DNA of 62,563 nt, filler included, from Xylographa opegraphella (lineage: Eukaryota): the NCBI GenBank assembly GCA_022813865.1. It is 8 parts of 8 records of this genome, joined end to end, with 100 filler letters (N's around TTAATTAATTAA, not from the genome) between each part and the next. Parts side by side here need not be neighbours in the genome. Positions count along the whole stretch, not along the records: positions 47,558 to 55,068 come from JALDZX010000198.1; positions 55,169 to 62,563 come from JALDZX010000199.1; 6 more parts are not named here. One strand, 5' to 3'. A model generated the notes under the pieces. That model was not told the DNA's origin and ran no database searches. It saw nothing but the letters and a program-made list of their open reading frames with translations. A program made the position numbers and the translations under genes. The stretch's first letter is position 1. The number at the start of each line of letters is the position of its first letter. Positions 48,111 to 59,799 of the stretch are shown here, one piece after another.

Positions 48111-49962
48111 CGATCGATTAAACTCGATTTTTAGTTATTTATTAAATTTTCGTAATTTATAATTATTCTTTTATATATATTAAATTGCTAAAATAAAACT
48201 AGCTTTAAAAATATAATTTTGAAAGAAATATGCGAAAATTAATAAATTTGACTTTTAACAAGTTGAAAAAATATTATAATAAAAAGATTTTCATTAAATT
48301 TTTTGTATAGTCAAACTGTTTTACTTACTTCCAATTTCAAAAATACGATATTTCGATTTAACAATAATTTAAAAAAACCGCCTGATTAAACTGATATTGA
48401 TTAAATATTATTAAAAAAATTATATTTTATATTATAAAAATTTAAACAACGTTTGAATACTCGTATTGATTTTAATTACGAAATTAAAAATATATAAATT
48501 AATAATATTTTTAAACTTTAAGGAGACCCCCGTATTAAACAAATTAAATAAAAATCAATTTTTACTATATATAAACTTTTATGAACTATAGTGATTTTTA
48601 TAGCAATTTAATTTAATATTAATTTTAATTTTAATACTAATTAAAGATTTTATTAATAAAAGTATTTTGAATATATAAAAAATAAAAAATATATATATAT
48701 TACGTTTTATAAAAATAGCGCGTAATATTTTCGCTGTATTTATCGCTGGGGTAAAATATAAATACGTATATGATTATCGATAACAATAATATCGCCTTAA
48801 ATTTTTTACTGTATATATAATAATTAAATATAACGAAAAGAGAAAAATCGAATATTTTAATTTATAATCGATAAGTTGAATATAGTTAATAATACGTTTA
48901 TTTATAATATTGTTCTGGAACTTGGAATTCAAAAGCAGAAATTAAATACTATATAAATTACTTAATGTATAAATTAATTATATAAAAACGATAAAATTAT
49001 CGTAGCTATTATTATTAAAAATGTCTATAAAAATTATTAAACGTTTATATTGTTAGCGAACCTCGATTTTTATATTTATAAACGAAAAAATATTTAAAAT
49101 AAAAAATAAATACGGTATTGTACGCTTAAAGTTTTCAAATATTTAATTTAATTTAAATAAAATTATAATCTTTTAATATTTACAATAATTGAATATATTA
49201 ATAATATTTATTTAAATTAATTCATTAGGTTCTTTGCGAAAGATTATAATGTAAAACCATTTTTTAATAATTTAAAAAAATAAAAAAAGTCGAATAATAC
49301 GTATAATAATTAAAATATTATTAATATTATTAACTTTTAGTCGTTTTTTACTTAATTTAAATAATTTAAAGATTAATAAAAAAACTTAATAATTCGCAGG
49401 CATCGATATTGTTACTAGATAATATAAAACGTATAATTATTAAAGATAGATTAATAACATTATTTAATAAAATTAAATTTCGTAAAAATAAATAATAAAC
49501 GACGATTATTATAAATAATTATTTATAAATAGAAAATATCGAGTTCAATAATTCGAATACAAAAAAATCGTTAAACGATAATATACTCTCGAGCTCATAA
49601 AAAGTAATCGAAAATAATTATTAAAAATAAAATTTATAATTTATAATAATTTTTATAGTAGTTTTCAATATAAATGAATTATTTAAATTTAAAAACGAAA
49701 TATTTTAGAATTTTATATAAAATTTATACTAAATCTACGTTTATATATTTTATAACTGGATTAATATAATTTAATTTAGAATTTAATTTAGAATATTAAA
49801 TTGAATTGTAATTTATTATAATTTAATTTAAAATTCAATTTAAACCCAATTTAATTTAGAATATTAAATTGAATTGTAATTTATTATAATTTAATTTAAA
49901 ATTCAATTTAAACCGAATTTAATTCATAATTTAATGGGTTAATTTAATTTATGCCGCAGTAT
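47970..49962 (+). mobile_element. RIP-degraded hAT DNA transposon relic (3' part)
   Basis: atagcgcgtaatattttcgctgtatttatcgctggggta (IARNIFAVFIAGV) near 48716 fits a decayed hAT dimerisation motif (MARD.LA.P..GV.VER); subterminal tandem duplication at 49780-49915; boundaries approximate. Confidence 0.5.
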
Positions 49963-51319
49963 AATTTCGCAAAAAAAATATATAAATAAAATCGAAGTAA
50001 ATTACGTTAACCGTTATAATTTTCTTTATTTTAATTATTTTATTCGCTCGAATTTCTGCTCTTCCTTTTTTCGTCTTTCAAATTCTCGTTTTTGTATTTT
50101 TTGTAACGCCTTCGAGTATAATTTTAAATATAAATATTAACACTTCGCTGATTTATATACGTTTTGCGGGAGTAATTATATAAATCCCCCAGCGTGATAG
50201 TATACCTTAACGTGGTACTAAGAATTATTATTTATTTTGATAAAAAAGTTAAATACTGATCGAGAGATACGCGGGGCGCGGGTAAAAAACATAATTATAA
50301 TAAAAAATAGCGGCAAAACGTAATAAAACGTAAGGTTTTTATCCTTTACAATTTGAACACGAATACCCCAGCAAAAGATCTTAAATACGCGTAATAAACG
50401 CCATTTTTACGTATAAAGAAAAATATTTAAATGTAAAGGTTTATAAACGCTTTATATTATAATTTTAGTTTTACGTAAAATGACCGACTAAAACTTCGCG
50501 AAATGATTAATTACAAAAAGTTATATATATTTAAAATATCAAAAATTATTTAATTTAATAATCGTTTGATATAATTTAAAAAAAGCGTAATCTTTACCTT
50601 AATATCGAGTTTTAAAAGTTTATAATATTAAATTTAAATATTTTTTAAATGCGTAACAGGCGGAAACCCTGCGAAACGATCAATTATAAAAAATAATCTT
50701 TATTTAAAATGTATAAAATTGTTTACTTTAAAAATATTTTAGCGTAATTAAGGAAAAACGCGTTTTGTACTTTAATATCGAGTTTGAAACTTTTATTTTA
50801 TATTAACGTTAAAAATTTAAGAAAACTAAAATTAAATAAATAATCAATAGCGTATTAGTTGCGGCTCGAATAAAATTTTACGATATATATTTTATTATAA
50901 TATAAATTTCGAACGATCGATAAAAATAATAAAAATTAATTATTAAGGCCCAGGTTTTTTTTAATACAAATATGATAAACGCTGAATTAACGAACTATTA
51001 AAAACGGCCGTTATAAAACGAGTAAAAATCAGAAGAAAAGGGATAATTATAACGTTTATAATATTTATCATTTATATATAAATCGAACGTATAAATAGCG
51101 TTAAAAAATATAATTTTATACTTTCGTTAAGCGACTTTTGTTATTTATATATATTAATAATTAATAAATAAATCTCGTATAAACCCTTTACAAAAATTTA
51201 TCGAATTAAAAATAATTAATAATTAATAATTAATTCTGTAAATCTCTTTTTGTTTTTTTGTTTTATTTCTTTTATTTTTATTCTTTAATTTTATAAAATT
51301 TATTAACGTTTATTTATTT

Positions 51320-52135
51320 ATCGCATAATTTTGCTCGATTTTAGAAAAATCAAATTATAATTCAAGAGAATTTATTATTATTATTAAATTATTTTAATAT
51401 AATAAATATATTTTTAAATATTCTATTTATTAATAAATTTTCGTATTAAAAATATTTTTTATTCGACGATCGTAAATAAATTTCCCTAAGATTTAAAAAT
51501 GAAATTATTAAATCATTACTTCGTTAATACAAAATTATATATTAAAAAAGTTTTTGAAATAATTATAATTAATCTTTATATTAAATAATCGATTATATTT
51601 TCGTTTTTAAAAACTATTACATTTTTTTAATATACGTATAAAATAAATTTATCAATAAAGTCAAACGCTTTATTATGGTATTTAATATAAACCGATTTAT
51701 ATAACAAGGCCAGAATTTAATTATTAACGTTGATTTAATACTTTTATGATTTATTAACGCGCTTGATTTTGGCCGTAATTTTTAAATTAATAAATTATAT
51801 AAAAATATTTTTTTCGAGATTAAATATATTGAAAATCTTATTTTTAAATACGAGATTTTTAATTGTTAATATTTTATCGATATTAAACTTTATAAATAAT
51901 AAAAATAAAAATATAATTCTTTACGTCTACGTTAATACATTATACGATAGTAAATAAATATTAATTTATCGTAATTATTTATTATAATTATTGAAACTCT
52001 ATAATTAATATTTAAATTTAAATAGTAAAATGATATTATAATATCGAAAAGTAAAATTTCATAAAATATAACAATTTAATGATAAATACTTTCCTCGGCG
52101 TAATTAAAACGTAATCGAGTTTATAATTCATTAAA
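51320..52135 (+). mobile_element. Inverted copy of the 7151/46660 repeat body
   Basis: Reverse-complement similarity, e.g. ttaacgcgcttgattttggccgtaattt vs aaattacggccaaaattaaacgcgttta. Confidence 0.6.
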
Positions 52136-52219
52136 TTTGATAAAAATAAAAAAATATTTACGGCGAAACACGGTTAAAGCATTAATATATATAAAAAATG
52201 TAAGTTAATTTTTGATAAT

Positions 52220-52885
52220 ATCAGCAAAAAGGAAAAACGAAATTTCGATCAAACAGTATACTTTTTGCGTTAAAAATAAATTTGCAGAAATAACACAAGG
52301 TTTTTAATTTTTGCATACTTCTTGTATATTTTTTACGTATTTAATATATTTCATACATTCAGCACGTTTAGCAACTTTTTTATTAAATTAAAAAATTTTA
52401 AATTTTTTTTAAAATAATTAATTCGCTTAAAAAATATATTTAAAATTTATTAAAAATAAATAAAAGTTAATTAAGCAAAAAAAAACTACGATTTTTTTTA
52501 AATCCCTTTAAGCAGGCCCCTTACTAAATTTATTCAAACAATATAAATACGCAATTGAATCAATTTTACGTAAAAAATCCCAATTCGTTAAAATTTTTAA
52601 ATTACGTTAAATATTCGTAAAGTTATAACGTTAACGAATATTTACGAATAATACTCGTTAATTTAAAAGTTTATAATTTATTTTACTTTTAATTATTTTC
52701 AATTAAATTTTAAAAACGTATTCACAACGTATTTTGAATATATTTTAAATACATAAAATAGTTATTAAAAGAGTAAAAAATAAAAGTTTTTGCTGAACGT
52801 ATTAAATGTATTAAATGCGTAAAAAGCATAATTTTTGATCGATTTGTAAAACCTTAAAATTTAAGCAAGGGTTATTTTTGCTGAT
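52220..52885 (+). mobile_element. Best-preserved copy of a ~665-bp non-autonomous element with ~10-bp terminal inverted repeats
   Basis: ATCAGCAAAAA...TTTTTGCTGAT; at least four other copies in the window; TSD not resolved. Confidence 0.7.
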
Positions 52886-53563
52886 GAACGATAAATATTT
52901 CTTTACAAAAACGATTGAGTTAATAAATAAATTAATATAAATTTATAAATTAACGCAATCGCAACGATAAATATACGTTTTTAAATCGAAAGAATATTTT
53001 TCTTTTTAAAGAATTTTATTTATATAGCTATTAAATAAATATCACGATGGATCGATTAAAATCGATGGTATAAAAACGTATAAATATTGTTATTACTATT
53101 ATTATAACGATCATAATGAAGTTTTTTATTATTTTTCATTATTAATTTAAAATAAGTTCGTATGATTTTTATTATTTTTTAATATTAAAAGAAAAACTTT
53201 AATTCGTTTAATTAATTTTTCCAATTTCAACGTTTATCGACTCGAGTACGACGTTACGGGTAAATAAATATTTTATTCAAAATAAAGTAATTTTGAATAC
53301 CTTTAATTGACAGTTATAAAAATAAATTTAAATAAATTTACGTATCAATCGAGAAAAATCAATAATCAATAGTACTATTAATGTAGTATTTTAAGTTAAA
53401 TTTTTATTTCACTACGAAGTTATGTTTTATACAGGCCGCTAACGTGATCACGTAATCCCTTACATAACCCCAATTCCTACAAATCCCCGATTTGGGAACG
53501 TGTGTTCATACATATGGACATTGTCGGAGTGCTCCAGGATAAAGGCATTACACAGGTTAATGG

Positions 53564-54867
53564 CTATTTCTGTATGATTTGAACGTCTCCAATTCCCTTC
53601 AACTTTCCCAGCAAGTCTTGCTCACTAATCATCAATTCCGTGCATATTTCATCGAAGCAGTGATTCCCATCCAGAAGCCTCTTCAGCTCCCTATCACCCT
53701 TCTTCGACTCCTTCCTCTCTCCCGTCTGGTTCAATATCGATGTTGCTGCCGTGGCAATTGGGTACTTGTGTACTCGGTACAAGAACCCCTTGATGACCCC
53801 GAAGGTCATGAAACGCCTGACATCTATCATCTGTACCACGCCCGTGTGCTCCTTGCACCAGCCCTTTACGCTCAGGCCTTGCCGCAGTGAGCAGTACATT
53901 TCAACGAGCTTCGTCCCATGGAGCGCTTCGCTGTTGGCGGCCATCCCTTCCGCAGGCTCGTGCTGTTCACTTGTGTCTGGGAGCAGGATGTATCGTCGGC
54001 ACTCCGCCTGCACCTCTGTATCTCCTACGAATACTCCTATCTCCGCTGTCGGGGCGTAGCTGGCCCCAAAGCTGAATATATCCAGCAAAATCATGCAGCC
54101 GTAGTATAGGAGATGAGCAAGAGCCTTCCTTACAAGCTTATAATCCACGTCAGCTAGCATTGCTATCTGCTTCACACTGTTGACACCATCGATATGTGGG
54201 AGAATGAATAGTATGGTGGGATCCCAATTGGAATCTAGGAGGGACTCAAAACGGACGGTTGAAAAGGGGACCTGATGGGGAAATATTGGTGGGGGTGGGG
54301 GGTAAGTGGGGAAAAGCTTGATATTCAGAGTATTCGACTCGTCAATGGAGATCATACATTCACAGTAATTATTCAAGTCCTCAAGAAGAATCTCACATAG
54401 AGCGTAGATCTTTCCGGCGTTTGGGAGGCTGTTATCTTGCGAGAGAAAGTGTGAGGTTTCCTCCAAATGCTTGAAAAGCGCGGCAAGCTTCGCGACGACA
54501 GATGCATAAGCGGTAAATTCCGTGTGGCGTGGTAGTACAAGGCAGAAGTTGAAGATGAACTCGTTGCGTGGGTACGACGGGGAGGCCAGGCAGGTCGGAT
54601 AGCCAAGAACGCGGTAGCGCGAATGGAGGAGGGCGATAGGGAGGGAACAAAATGTCTGGCGGGGAATGACAGTCGCGGCAATGGACGGGAAATGGACCAG
54701 TGGCTGCGAGGTTGTTTCGGATGACTGAGTGATGGAGTGGGTAGGAACCTGGTGCACCACCTTCGGGCCTGTTGCAAGACTGTATCAGTGACCCGGGCAT
54801 CGACTCGTGGGCTGCAAGGAATACCTTCGAGCACATCGAACTTGCAAAAGAAGATAGCTTTGATCAT
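53564..54867 (-). CDS. NPR2: Nitrogen permease regulator 2 (GATOR1/SEACIT subunit, NPRL2) (2 exons: 54867-54825, 54768-53564)
   Basis: MIKAIFFCKFDVLEG|PKVVHQVP; YPRNEFIFNF; EDLNNYCECMISIDESNTLNIKLFP; IDGVNSVKQIA; DVRRFMTFGVIKGFLYRVHKYP; LDGNHCFDEICTEL. Confidence 0.95.
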
Positions 54868-54964
54868 GCTGGCCCACAATGCTCCAATGGAAAGGCGATT
54901 GTAAATCAGTCTGACGACCTCTGGGGAAAATAGTAGCCAAAAACAATTAATTACAAGTAGAACG

Positions 54965-55005
54965 AGCGTGAGGGGACCTAGGCTCGCTAACTATGCAGCG
55001 CTGTG
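54965..55005. repeat. Fragment of the arm of the promoter-associated repeat
   Basis: agcgtgaggggacc...ctcgct.a.tatgcagcg.tgtg matches 59547-59585; about 100 bp upstream of the NPR2 ATG. Confidence 0.6.
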
Positions 55006-55068
55006 TAGGAGTTTTCCCGGGTTAATGCACGGCCCGATGCCAATGCACACCCCCCCAGCATTTCACCA

Positions 55069-55168
55069 NNNNNNNNNNNNNNNNNNNNNNNNNNNNNNNN
55101 NNNNNNNNNNNNTTAATTAATTAANNNNNNNNNNNNNNNNNNNNNNNNNNNNNNNNNNNNNNNNNNNN
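55069..55168. other. Artificial scaffold spacer
   Basis: N44-TTAATTAATTAA-N44. Confidence 0.97.
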
Positions 55169-55246
55169 CGAAGGAGGGTATGGAAGGCAACCGGACTAAC
55201 ATTCCTCCGACCCCTGTTCCACACAGTATTGGATAGTACCTTAACA
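55169..55246 (-). mobile_element. LTR end, TGTTAAGG family, at scaffold edge
   Basis: cctgttccacacagtattggatagtaccttaaca, related to 32104-32166. Confidence 0.7.
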
Positions 55247-56154
55247 AATGTAAATCGACAGATAAATAAACCGGCAGGCAGACAAATAAACAAATCGAAT
55301 ATTACTTAGAATTCCACATTTTACAATTTAAATATATATATTAAAACTCGATCGATTTTATTAAATATTTAAAATCGTCAATAAAAAATTTTGTTAAATT
55401 ATTTCGAATCAATCAACGATTTATTTATTTAAAAAACAGTTTATGTAATTAATTTTTTTTTAAATTTTGCGAACTCGACGTTATTCTGGCGTTTTATAAA
55501 ATAATATTTAACGAATATATTTTTAAAATAAATTTTTAAAGCTTTATATTCTTTTTTTAATTTTTTAATAATATATCAACGATTTTTAAGCTCGTCGCGT
55601 ATTTTATATTAATAATATAATTAATTTAACGCGTCGGAATTGAAATATTATAAATATTTTATGTTTTTTATCGCAAAAAGCGTATAAAAAACGTAAAAAC
55701 GGCTATTATTTTACGTATAATAATTAAATTAACTGTAATATAATTATATTTCAAGAATTTGTTTCATCTCTTGCGTGATTATTCTTAATTTATTTTATTT
55801 ATTAAATAGCGAAAATATTTAACCGATAAAAATAAAGATAAATTTTTTATTACAAACGTAATTTAATTATATTCGTAATAATTTAACTTTTTTTAAATTT
55901 AAAATAATTTTAAAATACTCAAGATTATTTTAAATTAAAACTTTGATCCGTCTCGATTTAAACGCCGCCAAGAAGTGATTAACCAAATAAAATTTTAAAA
56001 TCAATCAAAATTAAGTTGCTAAACCTTTCTACTGTTGAGGCCGCGAGATTCGCTCACTCTGCGCGCTAGGCAGGATTGGGGCCGCGCCTTGTTTAGCAAC
56101 AGGCAGGCCATGTCATTCCGATGCTCTGCGGCACTGGATTAGCTGTTCCTTCAT

Positions 56155-56515
56155 TGCAGCGTAGCTGCTTTAAGGATGAGGGGGTCCAAATTCAACTTCG
56201 GCCGCTAGTGAAGCAGTATTTCCGCTCCAATTAGTAGAATACTTCCTCTTTAGGTTTAGCTTCCGTAGGGCCTTGGCTTTCTCGACTTTCCACAACGCTG
56301 TATATTAAACGAGAGGTCCCCTTACGCTGGATCACCTGGTTGCAGCGTAGCTGCTCTAAGGATGAGGGTTTCCAAATTCAACTTCGGCCGCTATGAGGCA
56401 GATAATCCGCTCCGATCAGTACTTCATTTCCTATTCAAGTTTAGCTCCAGAGGGTCTTGGCTCTTCACAACGCTGCATATTGAGCGAGAGGCCGCCTCAC
56501 GCTGGATCACCTGGT
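56155..56515. repeat. Two tandem ~180-bp units of the promoter-associated repeat (56155-56340, 56341-56515)
   Basis: Both start tgcagcgtagctgct.taaggatgaggg and end acgctggatcacctggt. Confidence 0.85.
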
Positions 56516-56908
56516 TGACACCTGATCTTAAGCGGTATTTGGTGTGAATAGTACAATAATCTTCTGCAGTCACTCGTTATCCATTTCTTCGTGTTTGTCA
56601 CCACTCAATTCTTCCTTAACCCAAAATTCCAACTGTTTTTCCTGGGCCGGTATCAGGATATGCAAATGCCTCCCACTTCCATCCAGCAGCCAAGAATAGA
56701 GCGGTGACAAGATATTTGATATCAGCTTGGAAGATTAATCAGAAGTCACATTTGACAAGAGGGCCTCTGGGTTTGGCAACCCATGAATACCTAGATTGAT
56801 ACAATCCTCACTCAGCGTGAAAGGCCCTCAGCTGCGCAGCAAGGTCGTTGTAATTCAAGTCGCAATATCCTCACCAGCGACACAGAGTGCATCTCAGTGA
56901 GCTTCAAG

Positions 56909-57814
56909 ATGCTCAAACCTCAAATCGACGAGATGATCTATGCGATCCTCTTCCCCAATCCGATTCAAGGCCGCGATCCACCGACGTTCTCAGCTCACAT
57001 CGCCAAGAATCTGGTTCCTGAGGTCCGCCTAGAGACTCTCTGCTTTTACGGTCCGATCGACTGCCTAGAGTCTCAATATCCAGGTCTCAATTATATCGAC
57101 CCAGGTCATCGCTTACGTCTCGGCCGGTTTCCCCACCATCGAAGATTGTTTCGAGCTCTTGATCAGCTGAGGCTAACGGTGACTGAAATTCATCACCTGT
57201 GCCGTTGGGAAGGAACCAAATGGGCGCGTGAGAGATATGAAAAGGATGAAGGGGTGCTCATCAGAGATACGACGTTTGATGGGCTGAATACTTCTGCTGC
57301 AAGGACTGTGTCTAACCACTCCGTACACTTGTTACTTGATGCTGACGCAACTGAAGTGGGCATGCTGATGCGCGGAGGAGACTTTGATGAAGCTGACGAT
57401 TTCGATGACGAGGGCAATGAGGACGAAGATCAAGAAAATATAGAGCACGAGAGTGAGGATGGATTGGCCAGTGTTGGCGTGGAACTCAATCAGAGACTAT
57501 TGGCAGCTTCTGAGGCCAGTGCCAGGGGTGAAAACGTGGAACTCAATCCAGCTTGGGAACAGTGGCTCAAAGAGGCAGCGGAGCGAGGTACCCTCCCGGA
57601 AATGTTATCCTTGATCAGTTCTGGGCCTGCACATGAGACAACAGAATGGGGCCAACTCATTCCCGAAACCTTCCGTTATGGTATCGGAGCCACAGTACCG
57701 TCACACGTTTCGGTACTGCAGGCCCAGTTGCCTCCACCACCACACTACCCTTCAACAGGCGCCACAACAACCGTTGAAGATCCTTCAACTACTCCACCTC
57801 ACACTGTACGCTAG
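56909..57814 (+). CDS. Hypothetical protein with a globular-looking N-terminal domain and an acidic/Pro-rich tail
   Basis: ~300-aa ORF with normal GC; motifs LVPEVRLET..FYG..DCLESQYPGLNY, RLGRFPHHRRLFRA, LCRWEGTKWARERYE; start uncertain (an upstream exon is possible). Confidence 0.75.
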   Translation: MLKPQIDEMIYAILFPNPIQGRDPPTFSAHIAKNLVPEVRLETLCFYGPIDCLESQYPGLNYIDPGHRLRLGRFPHHRRLFRALDQLRLTVTEIHHLCRWEGTKWARERYEKDEGVLIRDTTFDGLNTSAARTVSNHSVHLLLDADATEVGMLMRGGDFDEADDFDDEGNEDEDQENIEHESEDGLASVGVELNQRLLAASEASARGENVELNPAWEQWLKEAAERGTLPEMLSLISSGPAHETTEWGQLIPETFRYGIGATVPSHVSVLQAQLPPPPHYPSTGATTTVEDPSTTPPHTVR

Positions 57815-58228
57815 AACCTATGTGCGATTTGCACGAATACAGTTTGTGCTCCCTCATTATGGCGTTGTTGGAGTTGTCTTTCGGTGTTGCCACTAGTGTG
57901 AACTGGGTTTCACAGTAGAAAACCTGCTCTTGCAGCCCACAGCAAAGGGCGTATGACTTATGAGCACGATATTCTGATAATGGATCAGTTCATAGTTCAA
58001 CTTTTTTAATGACACGCATGATGCTCTAGAGTGCTCCAGGCGTGGTCGCCGTACTCACGCAGTAGACATGGGGCGTTTCTACAGATTCCTTAACAAATCA
58101 ATTGCTTTGGTCGTTGTATGCTCACAAACACAAAGCGGTTGTATGCTTCGTATTTAAGCTATAGCAGCTTTCAGGCCGCATTTCGCGCGCCCCGTATTCA
58201 AGTCCCATCACAATAGCCTTGGCGGGCT

Positions 58229-59453
58229 TCACGTATGCCTATCCACAACTCTTCTTGCAAACTGTGCAAATGTTGTCCCCTTCTCCTGATCCAAAACTTC
58301 CCCGAGATTTGGCTGCGTAAATACGGCCAGTGTGTTCCTTGCCACACGGATTGGTCCATGTGCATCTGCTTTCGGCCCCTTCACGAAATGCGGCACTGCC
58401 CTGAACTTTCCGTTGGTAATAACTTCGAGCGCTTCTCCAGTCTGGAAAGCGAGGCAGTCAGCCGGGATATCCACTTTTGTCGTGTAGCCGGTGCGGGAAC
58501 AAATATAGAGACCTGCCTCGAGATCTGGGGAAGATGGTAATGACGATAGCGATGGAAGCGGGGAAGAACCTGAGTGCATGGGAGAGCCTTCGTCGACATA
58601 GAGAGCAGATGTAAGGCCAGTCAGACAGCCGTGATCAACGTGTGTAGCACACCAGGAATCCTCTTCCGGATTTCCTTCCTTAATTGCTCCGTCATCATGA
58701 GAAGGTCGGTTGCCAGATACTGATGGTGGAGGGAAGTAATGCAGCAAGCGCGCTTTGGTAGTCAAACTTGTGTTGACTACACGCTCCAGATAGCCCTTCT
58801 GGTAATCTTCGATATGGGCTGATGCATAGCGGTCACACGCCCTCGCAACTAAAGCGGTGGTATTTATAATTAGCTTGCAGATATCGGTGACGGCGTCCTG
58901 GAAACCGGGGAGAATTGCCTCGTGTGGCCAGATGTTCGGGGCTGTATACTCGGGAAAATGGGGGAAATTATCTGCGGGAGCATTCTGAAGGGAAGGGTCA
59001 TGGTAGAAAGCGCAGTTAACATAGTAGGAGCCTTTGAGAGTATCAAAGCGGCCGTCTTTTAAAGCTTCTTTGCCGTGAGACCAACCGACAAGATACTTAG
59101 CATCTGGGGACGACAGGGAGTCTAAGTCGAGTTTAGCATGTGACATTCGTTGTATTATCGCACAGAGTGATGCTAGAAGCAATACCTAAGATGTTAGGAG
59201 GCAGATTCGCAAGGTATGAAGCGTAGGACAGCACTTTCTCACGGAGTCGTGAAAATTCTAACGGAAGATCCTTAACAAGAAGTATTCCCAAAGAAGACGG
59301 ACCAAAGGCCTCTTCTAAAGTTTCAAAGGGAACACGATCTATCGAGAGAAGTCAGATAACGCTTTGGCCAGTGGTTACTAGAGCCTCTTTACTATCACAG
59401 AGGTCGTTGAGGCTGAGCGTCACAGGTAGATTTGCTGCTGCTTGGCCGTACAT
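58229..59453 (-). CDS. 2-oxoglutarate/Fe(II)-dependent oxygenase (IPNS/clavaminate synthase-like fold), 3 exons
   Basis: PVTLSLNDL|VPFETLEEAFGPSSLGILLVKDLP; YLVGWSHGKE; KARLLHYFP; WCATHVDHGCLTGLT (HxD); FRAVPHFV (distal His); RNTLAVF; introns near 59339-59392 and 59123-59185. Confidence 0.88.
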
Positions 59454-59535
59454 ATCGTGCGAAACACTCAGATGTCATCTGTACTTAGATATTTACACGT
59501 CGATTGAAGCTTCATTCGGGCTCGCGGCTATTATA

Positions 59536-59770
59536 CCAGGTGATTCAGCGTGAGGGGACCACTCGCTCAATATGCAGCGTTGTGGAAAGCCGAGGCCCCG
59601 GGGAAGCTAAACCGAAACCGGGAATATTGTACTGGTCGGAGCGGATCATTGCAGCGTAGCTGCTCTAAGGATGAGAGGGTCCAAATTCAACTTCGGGCGC
59701 TAGTGGGCAAATAATCCGTTCTAATTAGTATGATATTCCCTTTTAAATTTAGCTTTAAAGGGTCTTGGCA
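59536..59770. repeat. Fold-back copy of the promoter-associated repeat (arm - core - inverted arm)
   Basis: 59590-59646 is the reverse complement of RIP-mutated 59716-59769; core 59647-59705; left end TA|CCAGGTGA. Confidence 0.8.
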
Positions 59771-59799
59771 TTACTACTTTAATTAGTCATATAATTTAA

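Noticed and set aside
50230..51300. Possible transposase relic; 17600-21400 and 59800-62500 were also examined for LINE, helicase or tyrosine-recombinase (Starship captain) motifs
   Set aside because: Too decayed to read any diagnostic motif by eye; needs a de-RIPped profile search
1133..54867. Apparent autophagy/TORC1/endocytosis cluster (ATG5, NPR2, PAN1)
   Set aside because: The genes are on different concatenated scaffolds
56155..56215. Core repeat as a tRNA/SINE head or hammerhead ribozyme
   Set aside because: The B-box-like GGTTCAAAT occurs only in the RIP-touched copy at 46482 (others read GTCCAAA or TTCCAAA); A-B spacing is too short, there is no cloverleaf, and no CTGANGA/GAAA core
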